DNA of 64,000 bases from Candidatus Spongiisociaceae bacterium (GTDB lineage Bacteria > Actinomycetota > Acidimicrobiia > Spongiisociales > Spongiisociaceae), in contig OZ253564.1 in the NCBI GenBank assembly GCA_965262915.1, forward strand, positions 3,584,001-3,648,000, in the 5' to 3' direction. Position numbers and translations under genes: made by a program. Below, one piece after another: positions 50,387 through 59,161 of the stretch; positions within the stretch are counted from its first letter, which is position 1, and every line of letters starts with the position of its first letter. Below the pieces are notes generated by a model. It was not told the DNA's origin. It was given only the letters and a program-made list of their open reading frames with translations, and made no database searches.

Positions 50387-51388
50387 TCACCGTATATCAT
50401 CGCTGAGCTTCCCGAACTTCACGAACAAACCGACGATTGCAAAGGTGACTGCAATCAGGACGACGGCATATGCACTGGCCTGCGGCCAGAGTAGTAGCTC
50501 CGCTCTCCTCCAGACCGTCCCTGCGAGCATCGGAGACAGCCCTCCCCCGATGACGCGCTCGACCGCGAAGTCGGTTAGGACAATGACTGATACGAATAGC
50601 CATCCAGCGAAGATGGCTTGCCTGGCTAGCGGAAGCTCTATCGTCCGGAATATCTGAGTAGGCGTTGCCGACAAGTTCTGTGCGGCGGAGATCAGATCTC
50701 TATCAATCTGCAACAACTTGAAGCAGACTGGTCCAATGAAAAAGGCTATTGACAGAAATACGAGGGCTATGATGATGGCTGTTGGGGAGAACAGCAGCTG
50801 ATCACTGGGCTCGCCGAATATCCCTAAGCTGACGGCAAGTCGATTGATGAGACCTGCCCGGCCGAACATCGGAAGCCAAGTTATCAAGCGAATGACGTAG
50901 CTAACTACGAACGGAACGAATAACCCGAACAGCAAGGCAGCTCTTAGAGCGTTGTTGGTAATAGCAGCCGCCAAGAAGTAGGCCACCGGAACACCTAGTA
51001 GTGTCACAATGGCTAAAACAACGAGTAGTATGAACAGTGTCCAGAGCACGAGGCCCCAAAACGCCCCGGATCCGAGTATCGACTGGTAGTTGCTGATGGT
51101 CAGTTCCGGGATCATCGCAAATGATGTCCCCGTCCAGAAGCTGAAGAGTACGACCGCCGACAGGGGTCCACCCAGACCTACGGCGAGCCAAAGTAGCGCC
51201 GGCAGTGCCATCCACCTCTGCTCAGTTTCAAGCCCGACCTCCAGGGGAGGTCCCCCCTCCCCTGGAGGCGTCTTTGGATGTTCCCTTGCAGATGGGTCTG
51301 GTCGACTACCGAATGCCTTGGAATCCGCCGTTGAACCCGTCACTTCGTCCCCTGTCGCGTTGCACCCGGAAGGTCGCTGGCGGGCCAC
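50387..51388 (-). CDS. PotB-like ABC permease
   Basis: SYVIR, GLIN, LISAAQNLSA; start uncertain. Confidence 0.88.
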   Translation of the reverse strand: MARQRPSGCNATGDEVTGSTADSKAFGSRPDPSAREHPKTPPGEGGPPLEVGLETEQRWMALPALLWLAVGLGGPLSAVVLFSFWTGTSFAMIPELTISNYQSILGSGAFWGLVLWTLFILLVVLAIVTLLGVPVAYFLAAAITNNALRAALLFGLFVPFVVSYVIRLITWLPMFGRAGLINRLAVSLGIFGEPSDQLLFSPTAIIIALVFLSIAFFIGPVCFKLLQIDRDLISAAQNLSATPTQIFRTIELPLARQAIFAGWLFVSVIVLTDFAVERVIGGGLSPMLAGTVWRRAELLLWPQASAYAVVLIAVTFAIVGLFVKFGKLSDDIR

Positions 51389-51450
51389 TTGTGTAACAGT
51401 GACCTCGGTACGTGACTTCTCATGACGTGAAGGGGGCGCTCCAGGGCCGG

Positions 51451-52746
51451 TTAGGCTGAGACAAACTCCTCCCAGCGATTGGCCAGGTACTCGGACTCAT
51501 CGGGGAACTGCCACCACCAGCCTCCATTGGAGGCGATATCGGCGGCCGATCCTCTATCTCGACCCCCACCGGCATACCAATACTCCCACGCATCGACGCC
51601 TTCGACCGGCGACTCAGTCTCCCTCAAGAGATCCTCAGCAGTGTCCGGGATCGGGGTCATATACCCCGAGTTGACCACCTTCGATGCAGGAAATCCGCTG
51701 TGCCAGAAGTTGATGAACGCGATAGCAGCTTCGCGGTTCGGTGTATCGGAAGAGACTGAGATTCCGTGGAACCACATGTTGTAGCCCTCCCGCACCGGCG
51801 CGTATAGCGCTGGGAGCCCTCGTGACCTAACCTCGGTTACGATAGTTTCCCAAGCATTCAAGAGGGAGATCTCTCCGTTGGCTAGAAGCTCAACAGCTTG
51901 TCCGTAGTCGTCCCAGAGAACTCTGAATTGGCCCTCTCGTTTACGCTCGATTAAGAAATCAATCGCATAGTCGATATCGGCTTGACTCGGGTTGCCGATG
52001 GTGCCTTCCAGCTGGTACGAGCCATCGTAGGATACGGTAGCAAGGACTTCCATTGGAGCTCGCAATGACGAGTTGAAGATGCCCACCTGGCCCCGGTACT
52101 TCGGATCCCACAATGCACCATAGGAATTGAGGTTCTCGTCAATCAGATCCGTCCGGTAGCCAATCGTATCACCATTCCACACGGTGGGCACAACCCAGAA
52201 CTCATCATCGCGCCCCGAATCCATAGCTTCCTGTGTATAGATCTGCGAATACGGATTCATCTCGGCATCTTGCCCGGCAGCTCCCGGCTCCCTAAACACA
52301 GGCAATGCTTTGTCCCAATGCTCGAGTTCTGATCCTAGAACCACCTGTAGGGTGCCAGCCTCGATCAGGGGAGCCATCTGCGCTCCCTGCGGTGCGATCG
52401 TATCCCAACGTGTATATCCGCCTTGCACCCATTCCGGGACGAGGCCTTCGAAGGTTATGACCGTACTCTCGGTAGGTATACCCGACACCCGTTGGAATTC
52501 TTGGGCATTTATCTCAGGGTTGAAAGCGCTGTGCTCAGCATGGTGCAGTGTTAGGGTTTGAAGCGTTGTGGTGGGCGCCAGTGTTGTGGCAGCAACTGTA
52601 CCGCTTGTTCCCTCGTTATCCTGTTCGTCGGTGCCACAGCCGACGATGGTGAGGCTGGCTAAGCCAACAGCACCCAGGCCTGCACTCCGTAGGAACTCCC
52701 GTCGACTAAGGTGACGGGGTATATGTGTCTGGTTTTGGCCCTTCAT
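51451..52746 (-). CDS. PotD/PotF-like substrate-binding Tat lipoprotein
   Basis: SRREFLR twin-arginine motif, lipobox IVGC, LWDPKYRG, REGY. Confidence 0.85.
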   Translation of the reverse strand: MKGQNQTHIPRHLSRREFLRSAGLGAVGLASLTIVGCGTDEQDNEGTSGTVAATTLAPTTTLQTLTLHHAEHSAFNPEINAQEFQRVSGIPTESTVITFEGLVPEWVQGGYTRWDTIAPQGAQMAPLIEAGTLQVVLGSELEHWDKALPVFREPGAAGQDAEMNPYSQIYTQEAMDSGRDDEFWVVPTVWNGDTIGYRTDLIDENLNSYGALWDPKYRGQVGIFNSSLRAPMEVLATVSYDGSYQLEGTIGNPSQADIDYAIDFLIERKREGQFRVLWDDYGQAVELLANGEISLLNAWETIVTEVRSRGLPALYAPVREGYNMWFHGISVSSDTPNREAAIAFINFWHSGFPASKVVNSGYMTPIPDTAEDLLRETESPVEGVDAWEYWYAGGGRDRGSAADIASNGGWWWQFPDESEYLANRWEEFVSA

Positions 52747-52822
52747 TCGTCTCGGCCTCCTCCGTGTTGGGTCCCGATACATCGACTACATATCGGAGCA
52801 CGTGTATGTGAGTAGCTGTTGG

Positions 52823-54058
52823 TTAGCTCCCTTCATACGTTTGGTTGACGTCGCGATCTGTAGACCGGTCACCGGAAAGTATGTGTGGCGATCCACCTTG
52901 CCACTCAACGATGACCTGATCTCCGGGATGGTATGGATTCATGGCCCTAAGGAAGGCATTCTCTTCTATGGAGAGGGAAAGAGTTGGCTCTGTTTCGGTC
53001 TTGACACTATAGGTAACCCTGGCTCCCTCGTACTTAGCTCCGACCACCGTGGCAGTAAACTGGAATCCAGACCGATTAGGCTCTCGAGTTCTATTCTCGA
53101 GCGATTTTGTATCAACGAGTTTCAGAGTGTCCGGACGGATCACCAATGTAACTTGCTGTCCGATCAGGTTCTCGCTCGGTCCGAGGCACACAAGGGTTCC
53201 GAGAGGTGTTGCGATCTCCATTTCATCCTTCGAGATGCCGGTCACGTAACCATCGATCAGATTGTTGTTGCCAACGAACTTGGCTACGAACCGGGTCGCG
53301 GGTCGGCTGAAGATGTTTTGTGGACTGGCCAACTGTTCGACGCGCCCCGCGTTCAGGACGAGAATCCGGTCCGCCATCGCCAATGCCTCGCTTTGATCGT
53401 GTGTGACGTGGATCACAGCGCATCCCAGGACACGCTGAAGGCGCCGCAGTTCAGCCTGCATTTCGATGCGTAGAGCTGCATCGAGCGACCCCAAAGCCTC
53501 GTCAAGCAAGAGAACACGGGGTCTAGCAACAATTGCTCGAGCCAAAGCAACACGCTGCTGCTGTCCACCACTCAATTGATTCGGTTGCCTGCCACCGAGA
53601 CCGGCGAGACCAACGGTCTCCAGTGCCTTCTCAGCGGCTTGAGAGCGGTCTGACCGCTTTTCTCCTCTCATCCTGAGCGGGAATGCCACATTCTCGATCA
53701 CATTGAGGTGAGGAAAGAGTGCAAAATGTTGAAACACCATTGGGCAATCCCTCCGGTAGGGAGGTATGCCCACCACAGACTCTCCGAAGAAGCTGATCTT
53801 TCCGTCCGACAATGCCTCGAGGCCAGCGATCATTCTGATGGTTGTGGTCTTCCCAGAGCCACTAGGACCGATAATCGAGAAAAACTCGCCTTGCTCCACG
53901 TCGAACGAGATACCGTCAACCGCAACGTATTCGCCGAAGCGCCTTGAGACGTTTTCGAGGCTGACCGCGGGAGAACTCGATGCAATGCTACCGGCGGCAT
54001 CCGGCCTTGCTCTATCGACGGCGTCTCGATCGGTCAACGCCTTTTCCTGCCGTGTCAC
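52823..54058 (-). CDS. PotA-like ABC ATPase
   Basis: GPSGSGKTT, LSGGQQQRVALAR, VTHDQSEAL, TOBE-like tail; start uncertain. Confidence 0.92.
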   Translation of the reverse strand: MTRQEKALTDRDAVDRARPDAAGSIASSSPAVSLENVSRRFGEYVAVDGISFDVEQGEFFSIIGPSGSGKTTTIRMIAGLEALSDGKISFFGESVVGIPPYRRDCPMVFQHFALFPHLNVIENVAFPLRMRGEKRSDRSQAAEKALETVGLAGLGGRQPNQLSGGQQQRVALARAIVARPRVLLLDEALGSLDAALRIEMQAELRRLQRVLGCAVIHVTHDQSEALAMADRILVLNAGRVEQLASPQNIFSRPATRFVAKFVGNNNLIDGYVTGISKDEMEIATPLGTLVCLGPSENLIGQQVTLVIRPDTLKLVDTKSLENRTREPNRSGFQFTATVVGAKYEGARVTYSVKTETEPTLSLSIEENAFLRAMNPYHPGDQVIVEWQGGSPHILSGDRSTDRDVNQTYEGS

Positions 54059-54189
54059 GTTGCGACCATCATGGATATGAGTCGCCAAATGTGCATCTGA
54101 TGCACGGATGGTCAATGCTCCCACATCAAAACGGTACCTAAGTGGGAACAGGGTGTCAACCGATTTTGGACTGGCTCTACGGTACCCGA

Positions 54190-54396
54190 CCCGGGACGGA
54201 GCCGTCGGTCCCGCTCAGTTCCTCCCCGGCTCCTGGGCCAACTCCGGACAGGACGCCAACCACGATGGAACGGACGACCCGCAGAATGTGTTCGACGCCG
54301 CCCTCGCCACCGTCGCCCACCTCTGTCTCCCCAGCCCCGGCGACTACGCCAACTTGGCAGACCTCGCCAGGTCCCTGCGGCGTTACAACAACTCGC
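54190..54396 (+). pseudogene. Lytic transglycosylase (SLT_2-like) fragment
   Basis: AVGPAQFLPGSW...DANHDG..DPQNVFDAALAT...RYNNS; no N-terminus, cut by the IS nest. Confidence 0.7.
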
Positions 54397-54422
54397 CCCT
54401 GCGCGAAAACACTCATACTTAT

Positions 54423-54543
54423 AGGGTTTCCGGTTGGGGCCGGGTCTGACTCACGCGAAAACTGGCCTTTGGTGCCTTTCCCACGATCTGTCGACCTGGC
54501 CCCGGCTAGGAACCCTGAACCGGGGAGCGGGGTGACTTGATAG
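54423..54543 (+). ncRNA. Bridge RNA of outer IS110, 5' part (target-binding loop and start of donor-binding loop)
   Basis: Stem 54423-54446/54493-54516 encloses CGCGAAAAC (= left flank 54402-54410) and CCCACGAT (reverse complement of right junction 57359-57366). Confidence 0.8.
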
Positions 54544-54563
54544 ACACCCCAGGAGCGTAAATG

Positions 54564-55784
54564 TCAAGCTGCGGCTCGGTCGAGCATGGTTCGGTGTGCC
54601 CAGGCGGTGTGTTCGTCGTAGGGGGTTCGGTGTTTGAGGCAGCCGTGGAGGATGCCGACGAGCCGGTTGGCGAGGGCTCGTAGTGCTTGGTGGTGGAGGT
54701 CGCCGGCTGCTTTTCGTTGGTCGTAGAAGGCTCGCGCTCCTGGACTGTTGTTGAGGGAACAGAATGCCCATTGGTCCAAAGCGTTGGGGAGTCGCCGGTT
54801 GCGGACCTGGCGGGCAACGACGGCGTGTTTGCGGCCTGATGCGATGGTGATGGGCGACGTGCCGGCGTAGTTTCTGCGAGACTTGGCGCTGGTGTAGCGG
54901 TCGGGGTCATCCCCGAACTCACCGAGCGCCCGGGCGCCGAGCACGGTACCGAGTCCTGGCTGGGAGTGGTAGATGACGGCGTCCGGGTGTTCTTCAAAAT
55001 GGGCCTCGAGGGTTTCTTCGAGGTCGGCGATCTGGCGGTTGGTTTCCGCGATGATCTTGACCAGCGAAGCAACGATCGTCCCGAAGGCGTCCGCGACCGG
55101 CCCGGGTGCGGTGAGGTGGGCACCTCTGAGGCCTTTCTGTATGCGGCGGGCAACCTTGTCGAGGTTGCGTTTCCGTCCGCCTCTCTGTACCGCTGCTCTG
55201 ATCTGGGGAAGTGTCAGGCGGGCGCCCCGGGTGGGGGTGGGTGCCCGACCGAGTATGGCTAGGGCGTCGCGATGGGCCAGGTCATCGAACGTTTCCAGGG
55301 CTGCAGGGTAGTACTCGCGCAGCGCGTTGCGCATCTGGTTGGTGTGGCGGGTCCGCGCCCAGATCAGGTTCTGATGGGCACGGGCCATGATCTTGATGCC
55401 GTCCGCGTCTGGGCTGTCCCCGGCTACCGGACGGTGGTTGTGACGGTCGGTTCGTACCAGATCGGCTAACACCTTGGCGTCTCCTCGGTCTGATTTGGCT
55501 CCACCCTGGCGGTGACGGTCCCGGTAACGGGAAACTGCCATCGGGTTGATCGCATACACCTGATAACCCGCCCCGACCAGAGCACCGACCCACAGACCAC
55601 GGTCGGTCTCGATCCCTACCACCACCTCGGCCGCATCCGATGCGTGTTTGGCGACCATCTCGTGCAAGCGGGCCACACCCGCCAGGCCCTCCGGTAGACG
55701 GGAGAACCCCAGGCGGGCTCCCTCCTCGTCCAGCAGATACACATCGTGATGTCCCTCAGCCCAGTCGTTACCCACAAAGATCAT
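54564..55784 (-). CDS. IS110 DEDD recombinase/transposase (inner)
   Basis: VGNDWAE (D), GIET (E), KSDRGDA (DD), TSPITIASG catalytic Ser. Confidence 0.95.
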   Translation of the reverse strand: MIFVGNDWAEGHHDVYLLDEEGARLGFSRLPEGLAGVARLHEMVAKHASDAAEVVVGIETDRGLWVGALVGAGYQVYAINPMAVSRYRDRHRQGGAKSDRGDAKVLADLVRTDRHNHRPVAGDSPDADGIKIMARAHQNLIWARTRHTNQMRNALREYYPAALETFDDLAHRDALAILGRAPTPTRGARLTLPQIRAAVQRGGRKRNLDKVARRIQKGLRGAHLTAPGPVADAFGTIVASLVKIIAETNRQIADLEETLEAHFEEHPDAVIYHSQPGLGTVLGARALGEFGDDPDRYTSAKSRRNYAGTSPITIASGRKHAVVARQVRNRRLPNALDQWAFCSLNNSPGARAFYDQRKAAGDLHHQALRALANRLVGILHGCLKHRTPYDEHTAWAHRTMLDRAAA

Positions 55785-55809
55785 CCTTCGCCCCTTCCTT
55801 GCGCGGGTC

Positions 55810-56015
55810 CACTCTCTGCTGAGCTGTGGAGAACGCCTGGCGGCGACCTAATGGATCAGTGCTCTGTGGCACGCCACCCCCTCAGCGCTACAAGCGGCCC
55901 TCACTCACCGGCCGGGGCACGATCTATCAGCAGGAATCAACGTTCCAGGAGCCTGGAGTACTCACCGGCCAGCCAGCTCAACCACCACACCCTCCCAGAA
56001 ACACCGGCAGAAGTG
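55810..56015 (-). ncRNA. Bridge RNA of inner IS110 (boundaries approximate)
   Basis: Minus-strand guides AGGCTCCT (55954-55947), TGATAG (55929-55924), GGGGTGGC (55880-55873), CCATTAG (55854-55848) match the target flanks and element ends; each guide pair is separated by a small hairpin. Confidence 0.82.
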
Positions 56016-56030
56016 GTGGACCCCCATTAG

Positions 56031-56095
56031 GAGCCTTCGACTTTTGCACCGTGAGTGTTCTGTCCGCCGCTCTGCCCGGCTCCGGGGGTTGGATT
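56031..56095 (+). ncRNA. Bridge RNA of outer IS110, 3' part (rest of donor-binding loop)
   Basis: GAGC completes ATAGGAGC (= right end 57351-57358); TGAGTGTT (56052-56059) is the reverse complement of left junction 54408-54415; 56067-56079 pairs with 54520-54530. Confidence 0.78.
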
Positions 56096-56121
56096 CTAGG
56101 CAGCCGACGAAAGGCGAGCAC

Positions 56122-57354
56122 ATGGCGGAGCAAGTTAGGGCCGATGGGGTAGGTGTGGTTGGCGGGGTGGACACACATCGGGATTTCCACGTTGGGGCGG
56201 TGGTGGATGGCGCGGGTCGCCTGTTGGGATCCGCCCAGTTCGGCGCTGATACCTCCGGTTATGCCCAACTGGTCGCCTGGATGGAGTCGTGGGGTCGGAT
56301 CACACGGGTCGGGGTGGAAGGAACGGGCAGCTACGGCGCTGGGCTCACACGTCATCTCACCGAGGCGGGTATCGGTGTGGTGGAGGTGAACCGTCCCAAC
56401 CGCCAGCTTCGCCGGCGGCGGGGCAAGGATGACACCACCGACGCTGAGGCAGCAGCCCGGGCTGCTCTCAACGGTGAAGCGACCGCCCTACCCAAGACGG
56501 GCGACGGACCGGTAGAAGCCACCAGGATGCTGCGGGTAGTTCGCCGCTCCGCGGTCAAAGCCCGCACCCAGGCCGCCAACCAGCTGCACGCTCTGGTAGT
56601 AACCGCTCCTGAGCCGCTCAAACACCAACTCCGGGATCTCCCGACCCGGACACAGGTCAAGGTCTGTGCCCGCTTCCGTCCAGCCACAGCGCAGACCACT
56701 GCGGCATACGCCAAGCGGGCACTGCGGCTTCTAGCCCGCCGATACCAGAATCTAGACACCGAGATCACACAGGTCGACAAACAGATCCGCGGTCTCTGCG
56801 CACGGGCCAACCCTGCGTTGCTGGCCGCCTACGGAGTAGGACCCGACACCGCCGCTGCTCTGCTGGTCGCTGCTGGTGACAACCCACGACGTATGAACTC
56901 AGAAGCAGCCTTCGCGGCCCTCTGCGCCCTCAGCCCCGTAGCCGCATCATCGGGACCGATAGTGCGGCACCGTCTCAACCGAGGCGGCAACCGCCAAGCA
57001 AACAACGCGCTATGGCGGATCGCTACCAACCGAATGCGCACCGACGCTGCCACCAAAGAATATGTCACCAGACGCGAAGCGGAAGGAAAAACCCACACCG
57101 AAATAATCCGCTGCCTGAAACGCCACATCACCCGCGAGATATACCACCTCCTCACCGACCCGCCCCCAACACCCCACGGAACCGACCTACGCCACCGCCG
57201 AACCCAAGCCCGAATCACCCTCACCCGCGCCGCCCACCACCTCGACACACAGCCCACCGTCCTATCACAACTCGAACGAGGCCTCCACCACAACCACCAC
57301 CTCGCTACCCGATACCAACACTGGCTCACCCAACAACCGATTTGCAAAACATAG
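56122..57354 (+). CDS. IS110 DEDD recombinase (outer) with C-terminal XRE-like HTH
   Basis: GGVDTH, GVEGTGSYG, KDDTTDA, PVAASSG, RLNRGGNRQAN; tail LRHRRTQARITLTRAAHHLDTQPTVLSQLERG. Confidence 0.93.
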   Translation: MAEQVRADGVGVVGGVDTHRDFHVGAVVDGAGRLLGSAQFGADTSGYAQLVAWMESWGRITRVGVEGTGSYGAGLTRHLTEAGIGVVEVNRPNRQLRRRRGKDDTTDAEAAARAALNGEATALPKTGDGPVEATRMLRVVRRSAVKARTQAANQLHALVVTAPEPLKHQLRDLPTRTQVKVCARFRPATAQTTAAYAKRALRLLARRYQNLDTEITQVDKQIRGLCARANPALLAAYGVGPDTAAALLVAAGDNPRRMNSEAAFAALCALSPVAASSGPIVRHRLNRGGNRQANNALWRIATNRMRTDAATKEYVTRREAEGKTHTEIIRCLKRHITREIYHLLTDPPPTPHGTDLRHRRTQARITLTRAAHHLDTQPTVLSQLERGLHHNHHLATRYQHWLTQQPICKT

Positions 57355-57450
57355 GAGCATCGTGGGTTGGGTGGGGTGAAATCCTTGGAATGGGGGTGAG
57401 GCCTCGCTGGAATCGGTGAAGTAGCAACTCGCCGATGCCAGGAGGCCTCG

Positions 57451-58649
57451 ATGTCTGATGTTATGTCTGTTCGCCTGCACCTGTCGGGTGTTCGGGTGCT
57501 GGGGGTACTGGTCGAACTCTGTTGACCGCCTCGAGGTCGAAGTTGAATCGACCCGGGGGTGGTCGAGGTGTCCCCATTGCGGGTTTCCGCTGCTATCGGG
57601 GTGTGGGACAGGAGGGCGAAGCGGGTTCGTGACTTGGGCGTGAGCGGCCGTCGCACGACGCTGGTGTGGCGACGCCGCCGGTTCTGCTGTGACAACTGCG
57701 GGGAAGCGGCATCTCGAGGACCACGACCAGTTCAGAGCCGGCCTCATCCGCCGCCTCGCCCATCGCTTAGTCCAAGACGCGAGGGTGATGTCGATTAGGG
57801 CAGCGTCCCGCCATCATGGGGTGGGGTGGCATCGGATCATGGGCCTGGTGAGGGCCGAGTCGGCTCGGGTGGCGGATCGTCGCCGGGCCCGGCTCTGTCG
57901 GGTGCTGTTGGTGGACGAGACATCGATCCGCCATCGGCACCGGTATGTGACCGTGGTTGCCTGGTGGTGATTCCGGCGAGGTGTTGGCGATGATCCCGGG
58001 CCGTACGAAAGCATCCCTCACCAGGTTCTTCAGGGATCAAGGAGCCTGGTGGTGCCGGCAGGTGGAGATAGTCGTCTCCGACGGGTCCCGCTCATATCAG
58101 GCAGCCATCGCGCAGTATCTGCCCGACGCTCTCCACGTGTTGGACCGTTTTCATGTGGCTAGATGGTTCACCGAAGGACTCACCCTCGTGCGGCGAGAGA
58201 TACAACGCCGCCCCCCGGAGCAGCGGCCCCCAACATACGAACCGGACCTGTTCCGAGCCCGCTTCACCCTCCTGCACCTGGCGGATCATCTCAACGACGC
58301 CCACCAGGTGCACCTCGACCGGCTGTTCGACGCTCATCCCCGTCTCCGAACCGCGTGGGACGCGCTCCAAGAGCTCTACCAGCTGTATGAGGCCGACGAC
58401 CGCGACCAGGCCAACGAGGCGCTGGGACGGTTCGCTGACCTCTATGCCACAGGCCAGATCCCCGGATACCTCGACATCGTGGACACCATCATCGCCTGGG
58501 GAGAAGAAATACTGGCCTACCACCCCAGCAGACGGGCATCCAACGGACCCCTCGAAGGGATCAACAACCTCCTCCAGGTCCTACGACGAGTCGCTCACGG
58601 GTTCACTAACTACGACAACTACGCAGCCAGAGGAGTTCTCGTAACATGA
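57451..58649 (+). pseudogene. ISL3 transposase, multiply frameshifted
   Basis: CPHCG and RRRFCCDNCG zinc finger, LVDETS, VVSDG, LDRFHV, SNGPLEGINN..RRVAHGFTN spread over several frames. Confidence 0.85.
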
Positions 58650-58817
58650 CTCCCACACCGACAACAGCGCCCGAAACCCACGAAATCGCGCAGCCTCACC
58701 TACTTACTGACCGGGGGCGCCTTGTGTTGGGTCTCGTCCGATTCGGTGCCGGCTATGGTGGACTATTGTCGGGTTCGGAGGAGCGAGACGGCCGGGTCCG
58801 CCGGCACGACAGACGAG

Positions 58818-59161
58818 CTAGGCTGTGCGTCCTCCCGGCAGGGACAGTTGCTCAACCAAGAGCGGCACATCAACCGTGGCGATATCCTAAAGGCGCTCAT
58901 AATCAATCGCGCCGTACTCGTGGGCTAATACATTCCTTACCCAACAATGTCAGACCACGGTATGTCCGGATAACCACTCCTGACATGCCCACTTAAGTGT
59001 GCGGCTGCTTCTCCGATGTTCTGCAAGCACCGTTCCATAGCCCGTCGCGCTAAGAACGCGTCCCCGAGGTAGACCTCCCGACCCAGCTCCGCGATCTGGC
59101 GAACCTCGTTACCGAATTGAATGATGTCCTCCATGTAACCGTAGTCTCTGCTCGACGTCAT
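58818..59161 (-). pseudogene. HepT-like (DUF86/HEPN) toxin, inactivated
   Basis: AMERCLQNIGEAA..YPDIPW; a frameshift near 58940 puts the RNVLAHEY (Rx4H) motif out of frame, and an in-frame TAG follows at 58887-58889. Confidence 0.8.

Larger units (their letters stand above)
54542..56030 (-). mobile_element. IS110-family element 'inner', inserted in the outer element's bridge RNA
   Basis: CT core (plus-strand AG) at 54542-54543 and 56029-56030; circle junction gives TTGACA-N17-TCTAAT. Confidence 0.88.
54411..57361 (+). mobile_element. IS110-family element 'outer' (carries a nested IS110)
   Basis: Ends defined by guide/flank matches; joining the ends gives TTGCAA-N17-CATACT. Confidence 0.85.
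54397..58695 (+). mobile_element. ISL3-family element (outer layer; left IR interrupted by IS110)
   Basis: Rejoined left end CTGCGCGAaaaCGTGGGTT (54399-54410 + 57362-57368) matches the reverse complement of right end 58675-58693 (CTGCGCGAtttCGTGGGTT); transposase at 57451-58649. Confidence 0.78.

Noticed and set aside
56028-57358. TAGGAGC on both sides of the outer recombinase gene read as a target-site duplication
   Set aside because: The left copy is the donor guide inside the bridge RNA; guide/flank matches and the N17 promoter place the true left end at 54411.
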